NCBI GenBank assembly: GCA_027051165.1
Contig: JALTZZ010000036.1
Span: 5,050 to 69,049 of the forward strand
Direction: 5' to 3'
Source: an archaeon
Lineage (GTDB): Archaea; Hydrothermarchaeota; Hydrothermarchaeia; JALTZZ01
DNA length: 64,000 nt
Shown here piece by piece: positions 37,338 through 46,624 of this stretch. Made by a program: the position numbers and the translations under genes. The notes under the pieces are model-generated. The model made no database searches and had not been told where the DNA came from. It worked only from the letters and a program-made list of their open reading frames with translations. Position 1 is the first letter of the stretch. Each line of letters starts with the position of its first letter.

Positions 37338-37898
37338 ATGAAGTTCAAAGTATTGGTGTTCTATGTTTTATTAGCCGTGTGTGTTGCGATGGGTAGTGCC
37401 TTCGCTCTGAGCAACGGTGCACCAGACTTAAAGTGTGCAAAGTGTCATAAGAACGTTGTTGGCACCGCTGATATAAAGATTTCTGGACTTCCAGAAAAAT
37501 ACAAGCCGGGCAAAGAGTATACAATTGAAATAGAGATTTTGAGTAGTGTAAAGAGCACGGGCTTTTCTCAGGGAGGTTTTGCCATAGAAGCCAGTGCTGG
37601 AGAGCTGAAAGTTGTTGATGAAAAAAATACACTAAAAAGTGGAAAATACGTTACCCATACTACTGAAGGTGCAGGAAAAAGAAAGTGGAAAGTTGTCTGG
37701 CAAGCTCCAGATAAGCCCGTTGAAGTTACGATAAGCGTTTCAGCCATAGCCTCTAACGGTGATGCATCTCCAGCAAACGATGCTATGGGAATGAAAACAG
37801 TAAAGATAAAGCCAGAGCTTCCATCAAAAACTCTGGGCTATCTTCTGATAATAATAGGAATAGGATTGCTTGTTTTTGCGATATTATATAAGGGGTGA
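37338..37898 (+). CDS. Membrane-anchored monoheme cytochrome c with Reeler-like (choice-of-anchor V-like) domain
   Basis: Signal peptide, CAKCH, GLPEKYKPGKEYTI, GGFAIEASAG, YVTHT, WKVVWQAP, ASNGD, C-terminal TM helix. Confidence 0.72.
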   Translation: MKFKVLVFYVLLAVCVAMGSAFALSNGAPDLKCAKCHKNVVGTADIKISGLPEKYKPGKEYTIEIEILSSVKSTGFSQGGFAIEASAGELKVVDEKNTLKSGKYVTHTTEGAGKRKWKVVWQAPDKPVEVTISVSAIASNGDASPANDAMGMKTVKIKPELPSKTLGYLLIIIGIGLLVFAILYKG

Positions 37899-37903
37899 TA
37901 TAG

Positions 37904-40900
37904 ATGGGTTTGACGAGAAGAGATTTTATTAGAGCAAGTGCCTTAGCTGCAGCTGCTGCGTGCATCGGTGCTGGTGGTTATTTAGCAACCAGAAAAGAGG
38001 AGATTGCAAAAGTGCTACCGATAAGAACGAAGGACTTTCCAGTTGGACAGTGCAGATTCTGTGCGGTTGGATGCACAACCGTAGCAGAGGCTGAGGTTGA
38101 TGAGTCTGGAAAGATAGTCAAGGTCATTGCAATAAAGGGAGACCCTACAAGTCCAGTTAATAGGGGTGTTCTCTGCACGAAAGGATTTTATTTGAACAAA
38201 GCCTTAGCCTATGAAAAAAGACCAAAGAAGCCACTTATAAGAAAGGAATGGATAAATCCAGCAACAGGAAAACCTGATTTGAAAAATTCACCGAGAGTAA
38301 CTAAAGGAGTAACAACAAAAGACCCAGAGGGATTAAAGCCGAGCGAAGTTGACCTTCAGGAGAACTTCGTTGAGGTTGACTGGGAAACAATACTTGAGTT
38401 TATAGCGGATGCAATGGAAATGTGCATAAATGAATACGGAATCTTCTCGATAGGCTACTACGGAAGCGGTCAGCTTGGAACCGAGGAAACCTATGTTATG
38501 AACAAGGCTTTAAAAGGTGGCTTGCCCAACAACCACATAGAAGGTCAGCCAAGGATGTGCATGGCAAGTGCCGTTGTTGCCTATCTTCAAACGTTTGGCA
38601 GAGACGAGCCTTATGGATGCTTTGACGATATAGATGTCCCAGACCCGGATTATGGAGTTCATGCAGATACGTTCTTTATAATGGGAAACAATACCGCAGA
38701 AGCGCATCCAGTTCTTTTCAACAGAATTGCAACTCTAAAACATAAAAATCCAGAAAAAATAAAAATAATACTTGCAGATCCGAGAAAAACGAGAAGCGGA
38801 ACAGTAGCTGATTTATGGCTGCCGTTCATGTCGGGCTCCAATCTAAGCCTGCTGAACGCAATGCTGCACTACATAGTCCTTGAGGCGAACAATATAAAGC
38901 GTGTTGTTGATGTAGATAATGCAAAAGTTGAGCTCAACGACGGCAGAGTAGTTCATCTAAAGGATATAAACTGGAAGTATGTTGATATAAAATTCATAAA
39001 AAGACACTGTAACTTTGGAATAGTAACTCAGGTTCAGAAGGTATGGGTTTTAAACAAGTATGGCGGAACGAGAGGAGAAGTTTGGGATCCAGCATATAAA
39101 TTAGGAACAAAAGCACAGTTCTTCCCGGATCCGAGAAAAGCGGATAAATATAAATCAGAAGAAGAAATAGAAAAGGACTGGTGGAAAGGATTCGCAATGT
39201 ATATAAAGTTCTTAGAAGACTATAAGCCGGAGAAAGTTGCTGATATTGTATTCAGGGGAGAAACTCCGCTGAAGTATGACAGGGCAAAGGGTGAATGGGT
39301 GGAAATAGATCAGGCAGAGGCTATCAGGCTTGCGGCTAAGTGGTTCGCAGAGGGATATACAGTTAGCCTATGGTGCATGGGCGTAAACCAAAATGTTCAG
39401 GGTGTCTGGATAAACAGGGCTATACATGCTCTGCATCTAATAACTGGAAAAGCTGTAAAGCCGGGTAGACATGCGTTTAGCCTAACTGGTCAGCCAAACG
39501 CGTGCGGCGGTATAAGAGCTCCCGGAGCTCTCTGCCATGCACTGCCCTATGGAAGGGTAGTCTTCGATGGTGTAAACAGAAAAGAGGTTGAGGACATCTG
39601 GAAAAAGAACCTTGCAAACTATCTAAGAAAGAAGGGATACAGCGAAGCTGAGATTCAGAAAGAAATTGAAAAGATAAAGATACACGGAAAACCGGGACCG
39701 CATACAATAGAGATGTTCAGAAGATATGGTGCAGGGCAGATAAAGATAATGTTCATTTCTACCGTGAACCCCGGGCAGAGCCTTCCTTATGCGTATGTAT
39801 ATAGAAAGGCAATGGCAGGTGCAGAGAAGAGTAAACCATGGCCTCTTACAATAACTCTCGAAGCATTCCCGAGCACAACTACGCTTGTTAGCGACATTGT
39901 TCTACCAGCTGCAAGCTGGTATGAGAAATCGTTTACATATGGAAATACGGAAAGAAGATATCAGTATATAAGGAAGATCATGGATCCACCATCCAAGGAA
40001 ATGCTTCCGGATTCAGTGATATTTGCAATGATATGGAGAAAAATGGAAGAAAGAGGAATAATACCAAAAGGCTTTATATCAATGTTCTGGCCTGAGGAAT
40101 ATGGAGAAGACTGGATTAAAAAGACGATAGAAAACTGCCACAAGCCTGAGTGGATAGATAAGTTCACAGAGAACCTGTGGAACGAGCTTAGAGAGTTGAG
40201 CAATGAAACACCATACGATCTCAGCGGAATAACAAGAAAGAGACTCAAAGAAAAGGTATCTGGATACAGAATGCCGATGCCAGAAGAATACGACACGGAT
40301 CCTGATGTAAGGGCAAGATATGACAAATATCAGTCAAGAATCACCTATGCATATCCATACGATCCGCATATAGAGAAGCATACAAAAAGGGCTCTTGAAA
40401 ACTTGAAGAAGTGGGCACCGCTATATGCAAGATGGGTTGAGAAAAATATAGAAGAAACTAAGAACGATTTAGAATATAAGAGAAAAGAAAAGCTTCCAGA
40501 TAACTACTGGATAAGCTTCTATGCAGCATGCAAGCCAGTATATAAACGTAAACAGCTTCCAGATGGAAGCAAGGTTCCTATAATAGACTGCAGAGCTATA
40601 ATATGGTCAAATCCGCATTGGGCTACATATTACGATGAGAAGGAGCAGAAATTCAAGATATTTAAGAAAGTGAAGATAATAAAGAAGAAGTTCAATCCCG
40701 AAAAGGCATACAAAGGTCTCTCAGCAGGACCGCTTCCATTTGACAAAATTGAGGAGTTTGAAGCAGATGTTATAGGAGATCCAGAGAGAGACCTAAATGC
40801 AATGTTTACCCTTGTTCTAAGTCCGCCAGAAGTGCCTGGAGTTAAAATTGCCTACAGAAAGCCAGATGGAAGCGAGATCGTAATAATGGATGCGAGAGAC

Positions 40901-41311
40901 TATCCATACGGCGTATGCACGGGCAGAGTAATAGAGCACTGGCACACAGCAACGATGACTAATAGGGTGCCGGAGATAAACAGAGTCCTACCAGAAGCTT
41001 ATGTCGAAATAAACGTGAAACTTGCAGAAAAGCTTGGAATAAAGGATGGGGATCCAGTTATACTCGAATCACCGAGAGCAAAAATAGAGCTTAAAGCTAA
41101 GGTTCTCGATCCAAAGAAGGCATTAGGTGGTCCAAGATACGATTACCTCTTTGTTCCGTGGTTCGATGAGAAGAAGCTTATAGGATTCCTACTAAGGGAT
41201 AACTTCGATCCATTCAGCTTCCAAGCGGACTACAAGATGGCAGCAGTTAAGCTATACAAAGGAACCCTTCAGAGAAAACAGGCTATAGCAAAGCCCTTAA
41301 CGGTAGCTTAA
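37904..41311 (+). CDS. napA: Periplasmic-type nitrate reductase catalytic subunit (NapA-like molybdoenzyme, 1135 aa)
   Basis: Tat signal TRRDF; CRFCAVGC...C [4Fe-4S]; PRMCMASAV (Mo-ligating Cys); NTAEAHP; SLTGQPNACG; CTGRVIEHWHT. Confidence 0.88.
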   Translation: MGLTRRDFIRASALAAAAACIGAGGYLATRKEEIAKVLPIRTKDFPVGQCRFCAVGCTTVAEAEVDESGKIVKVIAIKGDPTSPVNRGVLCTKGFYLNKALAYEKRPKKPLIRKEWINPATGKPDLKNSPRVTKGVTTKDPEGLKPSEVDLQENFVEVDWETILEFIADAMEMCINEYGIFSIGYYGSGQLGTEETYVMNKALKGGLPNNHIEGQPRMCMASAVVAYLQTFGRDEPYGCFDDIDVPDPDYGVHADTFFIMGNNTAEAHPVLFNRIATLKHKNPEKIKIILADPRKTRSGTVADLWLPFMSGSNLSLLNAMLHYIVLEANNIKRVVDVDNAKVELNDGRVVHLKDINWKYVDIKFIKRHCNFGIVTQVQKVWVLNKYGGTRGEVWDPAYKLGTKAQFFPDPRKADKYKSEEEIEKDWWKGFAMYIKFLEDYKPEKVADIVFRGETPLKYDRAKGEWVEIDQAEAIRLAAKWFAEGYTVSLWCMGVNQNVQGVWINRAIHALHLITGKAVKPGRHAFSLTGQPNACGGIRAPGALCHALPYGRVVFDGVNRKEVEDIWKKNLANYLRKKGYSEAEIQKEIEKIKIHGKPGPHTIEMFRRYGAGQIKIMFISTVNPGQSLPYAYVYRKAMAGAEKSKPWPLTITLEAFPSTTTLVSDIVLPAASWYEKSFTYGNTERRYQYIRKIMDPPSKEMLPDSVIFAMIWRKMEERGIIPKGFISMFWPEEYGEDWIKKTIENCHKPEWIDKFTENLWNELRELSNETPYDLSGITRKRLKEKVSGYRMPMPEEYDTDPDVRARYDKYQSRITYAYPYDPHIEKHTKRALENLKKWAPLYARWVEKNIEETKNDLEYKRKEKLPDNYWISFYAACKPVYKRKQLPDGSKVPIIDCRAIIWSNPHWATYYDEKEQKFKIFKKVKIIKKKFNPEKAYKGLSAGPLPFDKIEEFEADVIGDPERDLNAMFTLVLSPPEVPGVKIAYRKPDGSEIVIMDARDYPYGVCTGRVIEHWHTATMTNRVPEINRVLPEAYVEINVKLAEKLGIKDGDPVILESPRAKIELKAKVLDPKKALGGPRYDYLFVPWFDEKKLIGFLLRDNFDPFSFQADYKMAAVKLYKGTLQRKQAIAKPLTVA

Positions 41312-41340
41312 CTCTATTTTTATTTTTTTAAGGTGTAGGA

Positions 41341-42087
41341 ATGAAAAAAGGAATAAAAAGAAGAGATTTTCTAAAATTTTATATTCTTTCTCCGCTTTTA
41401 TTTGGATTTAACACTAAAAAAGATGAAGAGCTTGAAGATGTTGTAAGACCACCTGGTGCAAGCAGAGGATTCTCAAGAAAGTGCGTAAGGTGCTCCGCAT
41501 GTGTCAGCACATGCAGGAATGTCGGCAGATACGCCATAACGCTTGCAGGGCTTTCAAAAGGCATAAGGAACCTTGGAACGCCAGTTGTAGAGAACATGAG
41601 GGAATACCCATGCGATCTCTGCATGGAGTGCACAAAAATTTGTCCAACAGGGGCTTTAAAAGAGATACCAAAGGAAAAGGTGAAGATGGGCGTTGCGGTT
41701 ATAGATATAGACCTGTGCTTGGGGTGGAACTCCGATGTCTGCCTCTCGTGTAGCAAGGTTTGCCCATTTGCAAACGATGTTTTTGAATTTAGAAGCTCAG
41801 AATGGGGAAATCAGCCATATATAAAGCCAGATAAATGTGTAGGCTGCGGTTTGTGTGTTAAAGCGTGTATTGTGAGGAAAACAGCCGTAGTTGTATATCC
41901 GCCCAAAAAATACAGAGAAATAGAGAGGGAGTATCTGATGTATCTTGACTATATTGAAAGCCTTCCCAATCTAAACAGATACAAGGTTGTATACGAGGAC
42001 AACCTGCCGAGAATACTTGAAATAGGTATAGAAAGGGAAAGGGAGGAAAGGGTTCTGAGAGAGCTAAAAAAGAGGAAGGTGAAGTAA
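41341..42087 (+). CDS. napG: NapG/MauM ferredoxin-type protein
   Basis: RRDF, VRPPGA, CVRCSACVSTC, CDLCMECTKICPTGAL, GVAVIDIDLC, CVGCGLC. Confidence 0.9.
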   Translation: MKKGIKRRDFLKFYILSPLLFGFNTKKDEELEDVVRPPGASRGFSRKCVRCSACVSTCRNVGRYAITLAGLSKGIRNLGTPVVENMREYPCDLCMECTKICPTGALKEIPKEKVKMGVAVIDIDLCLGWNSDVCLSCSKVCPFANDVFEFRSSEWGNQPYIKPDKCVGCGLCVKACIVRKTAVVVYPPKKYREIEREYLMYLDYIESLPNLNRYKVVYEDNLPRILEIGIEREREERVLRELKKRKVK

Positions 42088-42830
42088 TGATCAGCAGAGC
42101 AAGAAGGCTTGTGCTTGCCTTAATATTAGCTCTATTTATCCTTCAGTTCTTTGGTATAGAAATTTTGAAGGGAAACCTTGTAAGCTCGATATTTTTAAAT
42201 AAAATCTATCTTTTTGATGTTTTTTCTGGTATAGAAACAATTTTATCTTCTAAACGATTGGAGATTAATATAATCCTCGGAATACTCACGGTAACCTTCA
42301 TATACGTTATATTCGGAAGAGCGTTCTGTGGATGGATATGTCCGCTTGATGCGGTTTTTTCATATATAAAAGGAAGGGAGAAAAATAGAAAAACCTTAAA
42401 TCCAGCCTATCCAGCGGTATTTTTTCTCACAGCTTCGCTACTGCTCTCACAACCGATATTTGCATCATATATCTCACCAGTATCGAACTTCTTTAGAATA
42501 ATATACTCCCCATTTCTTGGAAGCATTTCTCTGCTCATTTTCTCTGGAGCAATGATCCTTCCGATAATTCTTATGGAAATTCTTGAAAAAAGATTTTGGT
42601 GCAAAAATATTTGTCCAATAGGATTTATCTATGGAAAATTTAATAAAATAAGCTTAATAGGAATAAAAATAGATAAAAATGCATGCATAGACTGCAAAGC
42701 CTGCGTGCAAGCATGCCCTATGGATGTTGAGATAAAAAAATACAGCACCAGAATAAGATCATCGAACTGCATTCTCTGCGGGATATGTGTCGAAAAATGC
42801 GAGAAAAATGCACTAAAATTTGGGGGGTGA
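42087..42830 (+). CDS. napH: NapH membrane polyferredoxin (quinol dehydrogenase)
   Basis: GRAFCGWICP, RFWCKNICPIG, CIDCKACVQACP, CILCGICVEKC; several TM helices. Confidence 0.9.
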   Translation: MISRARRLVLALILALFILQFFGIEILKGNLVSSIFLNKIYLFDVFSGIETILSSKRLEINIILGILTVTFIYVIFGRAFCGWICPLDAVFSYIKGREKNRKTLNPAYPAVFFLTASLLLSQPIFASYISPVSNFFRIIYSPFLGSISLLIFSGAMILPIILMEILEKRFWCKNICPIGFIYGKFNKISLIGIKIDKNACIDCKACVQACPMDVEIKKYSTRIRSSNCILCGICVEKCEKNALKFGG

Positions 42831-42833
42831 ATA

Positions 42834-43055
42834 ATGGTTGTGGTGAGCGGATATTTTGTCGTTAGACCTGAGTGCAAAGTTGAAGATGCAATAAGCAAAG
42901 CAAAGGAGATCGGTGTAGAGATTCACTACGTAAAGGAAAACAAAGTCCTAATTTTGATAGAGGACGATCCAAAAACGGTTAAAAGAAAACTAAATAGATT
43001 AAAGAAAATTGAAGAGATCGAAAACGTCTTTATAGCATACTACTCTCTTGAATAA
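42834..43055 (+). CDS. napD: NapD-like Tat proofreading chaperone
   Basis: 73 aa, ferredoxin-like pattern (SGYFVVRPE, GVEIH, KVLILIE, VFIAY); last gene of the nap operon. Confidence 0.75.
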   Translation: MVVVSGYFVVRPECKVEDAISKAKEIGVEIHYVKENKVLILIEDDPKTVKRKLNRLKKIEEIENVFIAYYSLE

Positions 43056-43087
43056 TTTCAAACGTTAGCTAAGCTGAGATAACCAAG

Positions 43088-44230
43088 ATGATAAAAATCA
43101 TAGGTGTAGCCCACGTAAGTGAGGAAAGTGTAAGAGAAGTAGAAGAGACTATAGAAACTCTAAAACCAGATGTTGTTGCTGTTGAGCTCTGTGAAACAAG
43201 ATATAGAGGGTTATTAGAAAATGAAAGAAAAATACCTGTTTTTGATTTAATAAAGAAAGGAGAATCAACAACACTGCTTGTTAACATCCTCCTTTCATAC
43301 TTTCAGAAGAAAATAGGTAGAGAGCTTGGAACAAAGCCGGGCAAGGAAATGCTTGCCGCAATAGAAGCAGCTAAGAGGGTTAATGCAGAAGTTGCACTGA
43401 TAGATAGAGATATAAAGATCACGCTTAAAAGAGCTTTGGCAAAAATGGGTTTTTTAGAGAAAATAAAGATTTTATTTGATTTGTTTGCATCAATGGGAAT
43501 AAGCAGGGAGGAAATTGAGAAGGAACTGAAAAAAATAAAGTCAGAGGACTACATAGCAAAGCTCCTACAAGAGCTTAAAAACATCTCTCCAAATGTTTAC
43601 AAGGTGATCGTTGATGAGAGGGATATGTTCATGGCATACAGGCTTCTTGAGCTGAGCAGAAAATATGAAAAGATAGTTGCAGTAGTTGGTGCCGGGCATA
43701 AAGCAGGAATAGAGTTCTATTTAAATAATCCTGATAAAATAAATGAAAAAAAGATAAAGGAGATTGTAGAAGTCCCTAAAAGAAAAATTACATTCACAAA
43801 AATGATAAAATATGGTTTTCCGTTGGCAATTTTAGCTATATTTATACTTGCATTCATTAAAGGTGTGGACATGAAAACGCCAATGAAATACTGGATTATA
43901 AACAACTTTGTCCCAACATTCATAGCAGTAGTTGCTGCGAGGGGACACATATTCTCAGCCCTTGCCGGAGCTCTCTCCTCCCCCATTACTTCTCTTTTAC
44001 CGTTTATAGGTGCTGGATGGGTAGCTGGAGCAGTTGAGCTTAAGGTTGGCAAAGCTACGGTTGAAGATGTGGTAAAGGTTTTTAATGTTGAAAGCTTTAA
44101 GGAACTTTATTCAAACAAAGCATTTAGGGTTGTGCTTGTAACAGCGCTCGGCAACTTAGGCTCATTAATAGGAACGCTCATATCTATACCAACGGTAATA
44201 CTACCGCTTATAAAGGCATTGGGTGGTTAA
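43088..44230 (+). CDS. TraB/GumN-family protein
   Basis: IIGVAHVSEES, VAVELC, PGKEM, IDRDIKITLKR, IVDERDMFMA, VVGAGH; C-terminal TM helices. Confidence 0.88.
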   Translation: MIKIIGVAHVSEESVREVEETIETLKPDVVAVELCETRYRGLLENERKIPVFDLIKKGESTTLLVNILLSYFQKKIGRELGTKPGKEMLAAIEAAKRVNAEVALIDRDIKITLKRALAKMGFLEKIKILFDLFASMGISREEIEKELKKIKSEDYIAKLLQELKNISPNVYKVIVDERDMFMAYRLLELSRKYEKIVAVVGAGHKAGIEFYLNNPDKINEKKIKEIVEVPKRKITFTKMIKYGFPLAILAIFILAFIKGVDMKTPMKYWIINNFVPTFIAVVAARGHIFSALAGALSSPITSLLPFIGAGWVAGAVELKVGKATVEDVVKVFNVESFKELYSNKAFRVVLVTALGNLGSLIGTLISIPTVILPLIKALGG

Positions 44231-44612
44231 AATGCGTGTTGAAGTATTCATAAAAACGTATCTGTTGTGTGTAGCAATAATGTTTATAATATTCACGATA
44301 TTCGACCTTAAGCTTAACAGAGCAATCTTTTTATTTTTGGCAATGACTTTTTTATATCCATTCATATTTAAAATAGGAATAAGGCTGAGAGGGATAAGAA
44401 AAGGTGATATTGTAGTGGTTAGTATAGAAAATAAGGATAAATATGGAATATTTATACAGAAAACTCTTGCAAAAGCCCTTAGCAATGCAAAGCTTAATGA
44501 AATTGTGGAGATTGAAATAAACGGAAGTAGAGGAAAAGCTGTAGTTAAAAACTTGGGTGGAATATTGATGCCTCCTATAGTTGAGCTGCTATACACAGAG
44601 GTGAAGAAATGA
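44223..44612 (+). CDS. NfeD-like membrane protein with OB-fold
   Basis: Two TM helices plus a beta-rich C-terminal domain; coupled to traB and the M50 protease. Confidence 0.5.
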   Translation: MVKMRVEVFIKTYLLCVAIMFIIFTIFDLKLNRAIFLFLAMTFLYPFIFKIGIRLRGIRKGDIVVVSIENKDKYGIFIQKTLAKALSNAKLNEIVEIEINGSRGKAVVKNLGGILMPPIVELLYTEVKK

Positions 44613-45175
44613 GGTTTACATTTAGGGAGATTAAGGAGCTTCTGATATCAACAATTATAATAACGTTCTGCTTTGCATGGGTTCACAGAGATTTACCAAT
44701 AAACTTTGGTGTGCTCTACATTTACATGTTCATAGTAGTTGGCAGTGCTTTTGCTCTTCACGAGCTTGGGCACAAGATAAGTGCTCAGAGATTTGGACAC
44801 TACGCAGAGTATAGAATGTGGGAGTTTGGCTTGCTGATAGCATTTGTCCTTGCGGTAACGGTAAACTGGTTCTTCATAGCTCCGGGCGCTGTCTATATTA
44901 TACCGAGCTATAGGGGAATGTCGAGAGAGGAGAACGGAATAATCTCCGTAAGTGGTATTATTGTAAACATAAGCCTTTCTCTGCTCTTCTATATAGGATA
45001 TCAATTAACAGGGCTGTGGTTCCTTGGATATGGGGCGATGATAAATGCATTCTTAGCTTTCCTAAACCTCTTGCCAATACCCCCATTAGATGGATCAAAG
45101 GTTCTTACATGGAATCCAATTGCGTGGATCGTTCTAATTGCAGTATCCTTTATGATAACATCAAAGCTCTGGTAA
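44609..45175 (+). CDS. Site-2 protease (M50) family
   Basis: HELGH zinc motif, APGAV, FLNLLPIPPLDG. Confidence 0.9.
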   Translation: MRFTFREIKELLISTIIITFCFAWVHRDLPINFGVLYIYMFIVVGSAFALHELGHKISAQRFGHYAEYRMWEFGLLIAFVLAVTVNWFFIAPGAVYIIPSYRGMSREENGIISVSGIIVNISLSLLFYIGYQLTGLWFLGYGAMINAFLAFLNLLPIPPLDGSKVLTWNPIAWIVLIAVSFMITSKLW

Positions 45176-45182
45176 GCGGTGT

Positions 45183-45275
45183 GCTGACCTCCTCCCCGCC
45201 CTAAAGGGCGAGGGTTCTCATAGGGAACATCTCACTCAGCCGCCTCACGACGGCTTCACGAGGCAGGTTGGTGTC
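45183..45275 (-). mobile_element. Isolated IS200/IS605-family (tnpB-type) right end, omega-RNA-like 3' scaffold
   Basis: Minus strand reads ...CCTGCCTCGTGAAGCCGTCGTGAGGCGGC...GAACCCTCGCCCTTTAGGGCGGGGAGGAGGTCAG; hairpin CGCCC-TAAA-GGGCG at 45197-45210. Confidence 0.65.
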
Positions 45276-45768
45276 ATCGGGCTGGGTCAGAGCAGCCGAA
45301 AAAGCCGGGATAAAGAAGAGGATTCATCCCCACATATTCAGACACTCCAGAGCCACCTTCTTGGCTAATCATTTCACAGAGGCACAGATGTGCGAATATC
45401 TTGGCTGGGTTAAAGGGTTACCAATGCCACAGGTTTATGTTCATCTGAGCGGTAGGGATGTTGACAAGGCAATTTTAAAGCTTCACGGCATTGAGATAGA
45501 GGAAGAAGACAAGCCAAAGCCAAAGAAGTGTCCAGGGTGCAGATTGGCAAATCCGAGCATCGCAAGATTTTGCATAAGGTGCGGAGCAATCTTGGATATG
45601 GAAACTGCCTTAGAGCTTGAGGTTAAGGAGAACGAAATGACTAAGATATTCTTAGAAAATCCAAAGCTTATGGACAAAGCCATTAAGCTCGCTCAGATGC
45701 TTGAACTGATAGAGAAGATTGGCTGGGATAAGGTTAAGCAGTTAGCGGAGCAGATGGGAGGAAAATGA
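45268..45768 (+). pseudogene. Tyrosine recombinase/integrase, C-terminal fragment
   Basis: AAEKAGIKKRIHPHIFRHSRAT, LGW, YVHLS (catalytic Tyr), zinc ribbon CPGC..CIRC. The N-terminal domains and first Arg are missing. Confidence 0.8.
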
Positions 45769-45772
45769 GAGT

Positions 45773-46075
45773 ATGTTTATAGCAATTTCAAAGAACAATG
45801 TTCCGATAAGGTTAACTGAGGAGAGATTGAACCATATCATTAGGAGACATCCTGAAATGCTTAATCAAATAGATAAGATACTAACAACTATTGAAAACCC
45901 AGATTTTATTCAGAAAGGAGATATGGACGAGTTATTAGCTGTGAAATTCTTTGATGAAACACCTTTAACAAAAAAGTATTTAGTTGTTGTTTATAGGGAA
46001 TTAAGTAAAGAAGATGGATTTGTGATAACGGCATACTTTACAAGTAAACCTTCAAAGAGGAGAGAAATCCTATGA
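45773..46075 (+). CDS. Putative RelE/barnase-like toxin-type nuclease
   Basis: IRLTEERLNHIIRRHPEM, IENPD, YLVVVY, GFVITAY; overlaps the DUF2283 gene. Confidence 0.6.
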   Translation: MFIAISKNNVPIRLTEERLNHIIRRHPEMLNQIDKILTTIENPDFIQKGDMDELLAVKFFDETPLTKKYLVVVYRELSKEDGFVITAYFTSKPSKRREIL

Positions 46076-46287
46076 AAAGCTTGAAAATATTGAAAAAGGA
46101 GAATTTAAATTGGGAATATGATAAAGAAGCTGATGTTTTGTATATCTCAGTAGGTGAGCCAAGACCAGCTGAAGGCATAGACATAGGCGAAGGCGTTATT
46201 GTTAGAATTGATCCCAAGACAAAAGAGGTTGTCGGCTTAACGATTATAAACTTTGCAAGGAGAATATTAGAGGAAGTGAAGGGATGA
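46072..46287 (+). CDS. DUF2283-family protein (putative antitoxin)
   Basis: YDKEADVLYI, GVIVRIDPKTKEVVGLTI. Confidence 0.8.
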   Translation: MKSLKILKKENLNWEYDKEADVLYISVGEPRPAEGIDIGEGVIVRIDPKTKEVVGLTIINFARRILEEVKG

Positions 46288-46336
46288 GGGTTAGAATTTT
46301 CTACTGCAAGGAGGACGAGGGGTTAACTGGGTTAGA

Positions 46337-46612
46337 ATGATGCTTCAGAGATGGAGCTATGCGGATTTAATCCAGAAAATCAAATACAAAGCAGGGTTTG
46401 AGGGTGTTCCAGTTATAGAAGTTTCGCCAAGAAATACATCAAAAACATGTTCAAGATGCGGACATGTTAATAAGAAATTTAAAGATGAAAGGATGTTTAC
46501 TTGTCCAAAATGTGGGTTAAAATTGGATAGAGATTTGAACGCATCCATAAATATAGCTAAAAAAGGTATGGAAAAGTTCAAACTCTCCGCCTTAAAAGGC
46601 GAAGCTTCTTAA
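46337..46612 (+). pseudogene. tnpB: TnpB C-terminal fragment (IS200/IS605) with element end
   Basis: WSYADLIQKIKYKA, VSPRNTSKTCSRCG, FTCPKCG, DRDLNASINI; hairpin CGCCT-TAAA-AGGCG at 46588-46601. Confidence 0.85.
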
Positions 46613-46624
46613 AGAGGTGGTGAA

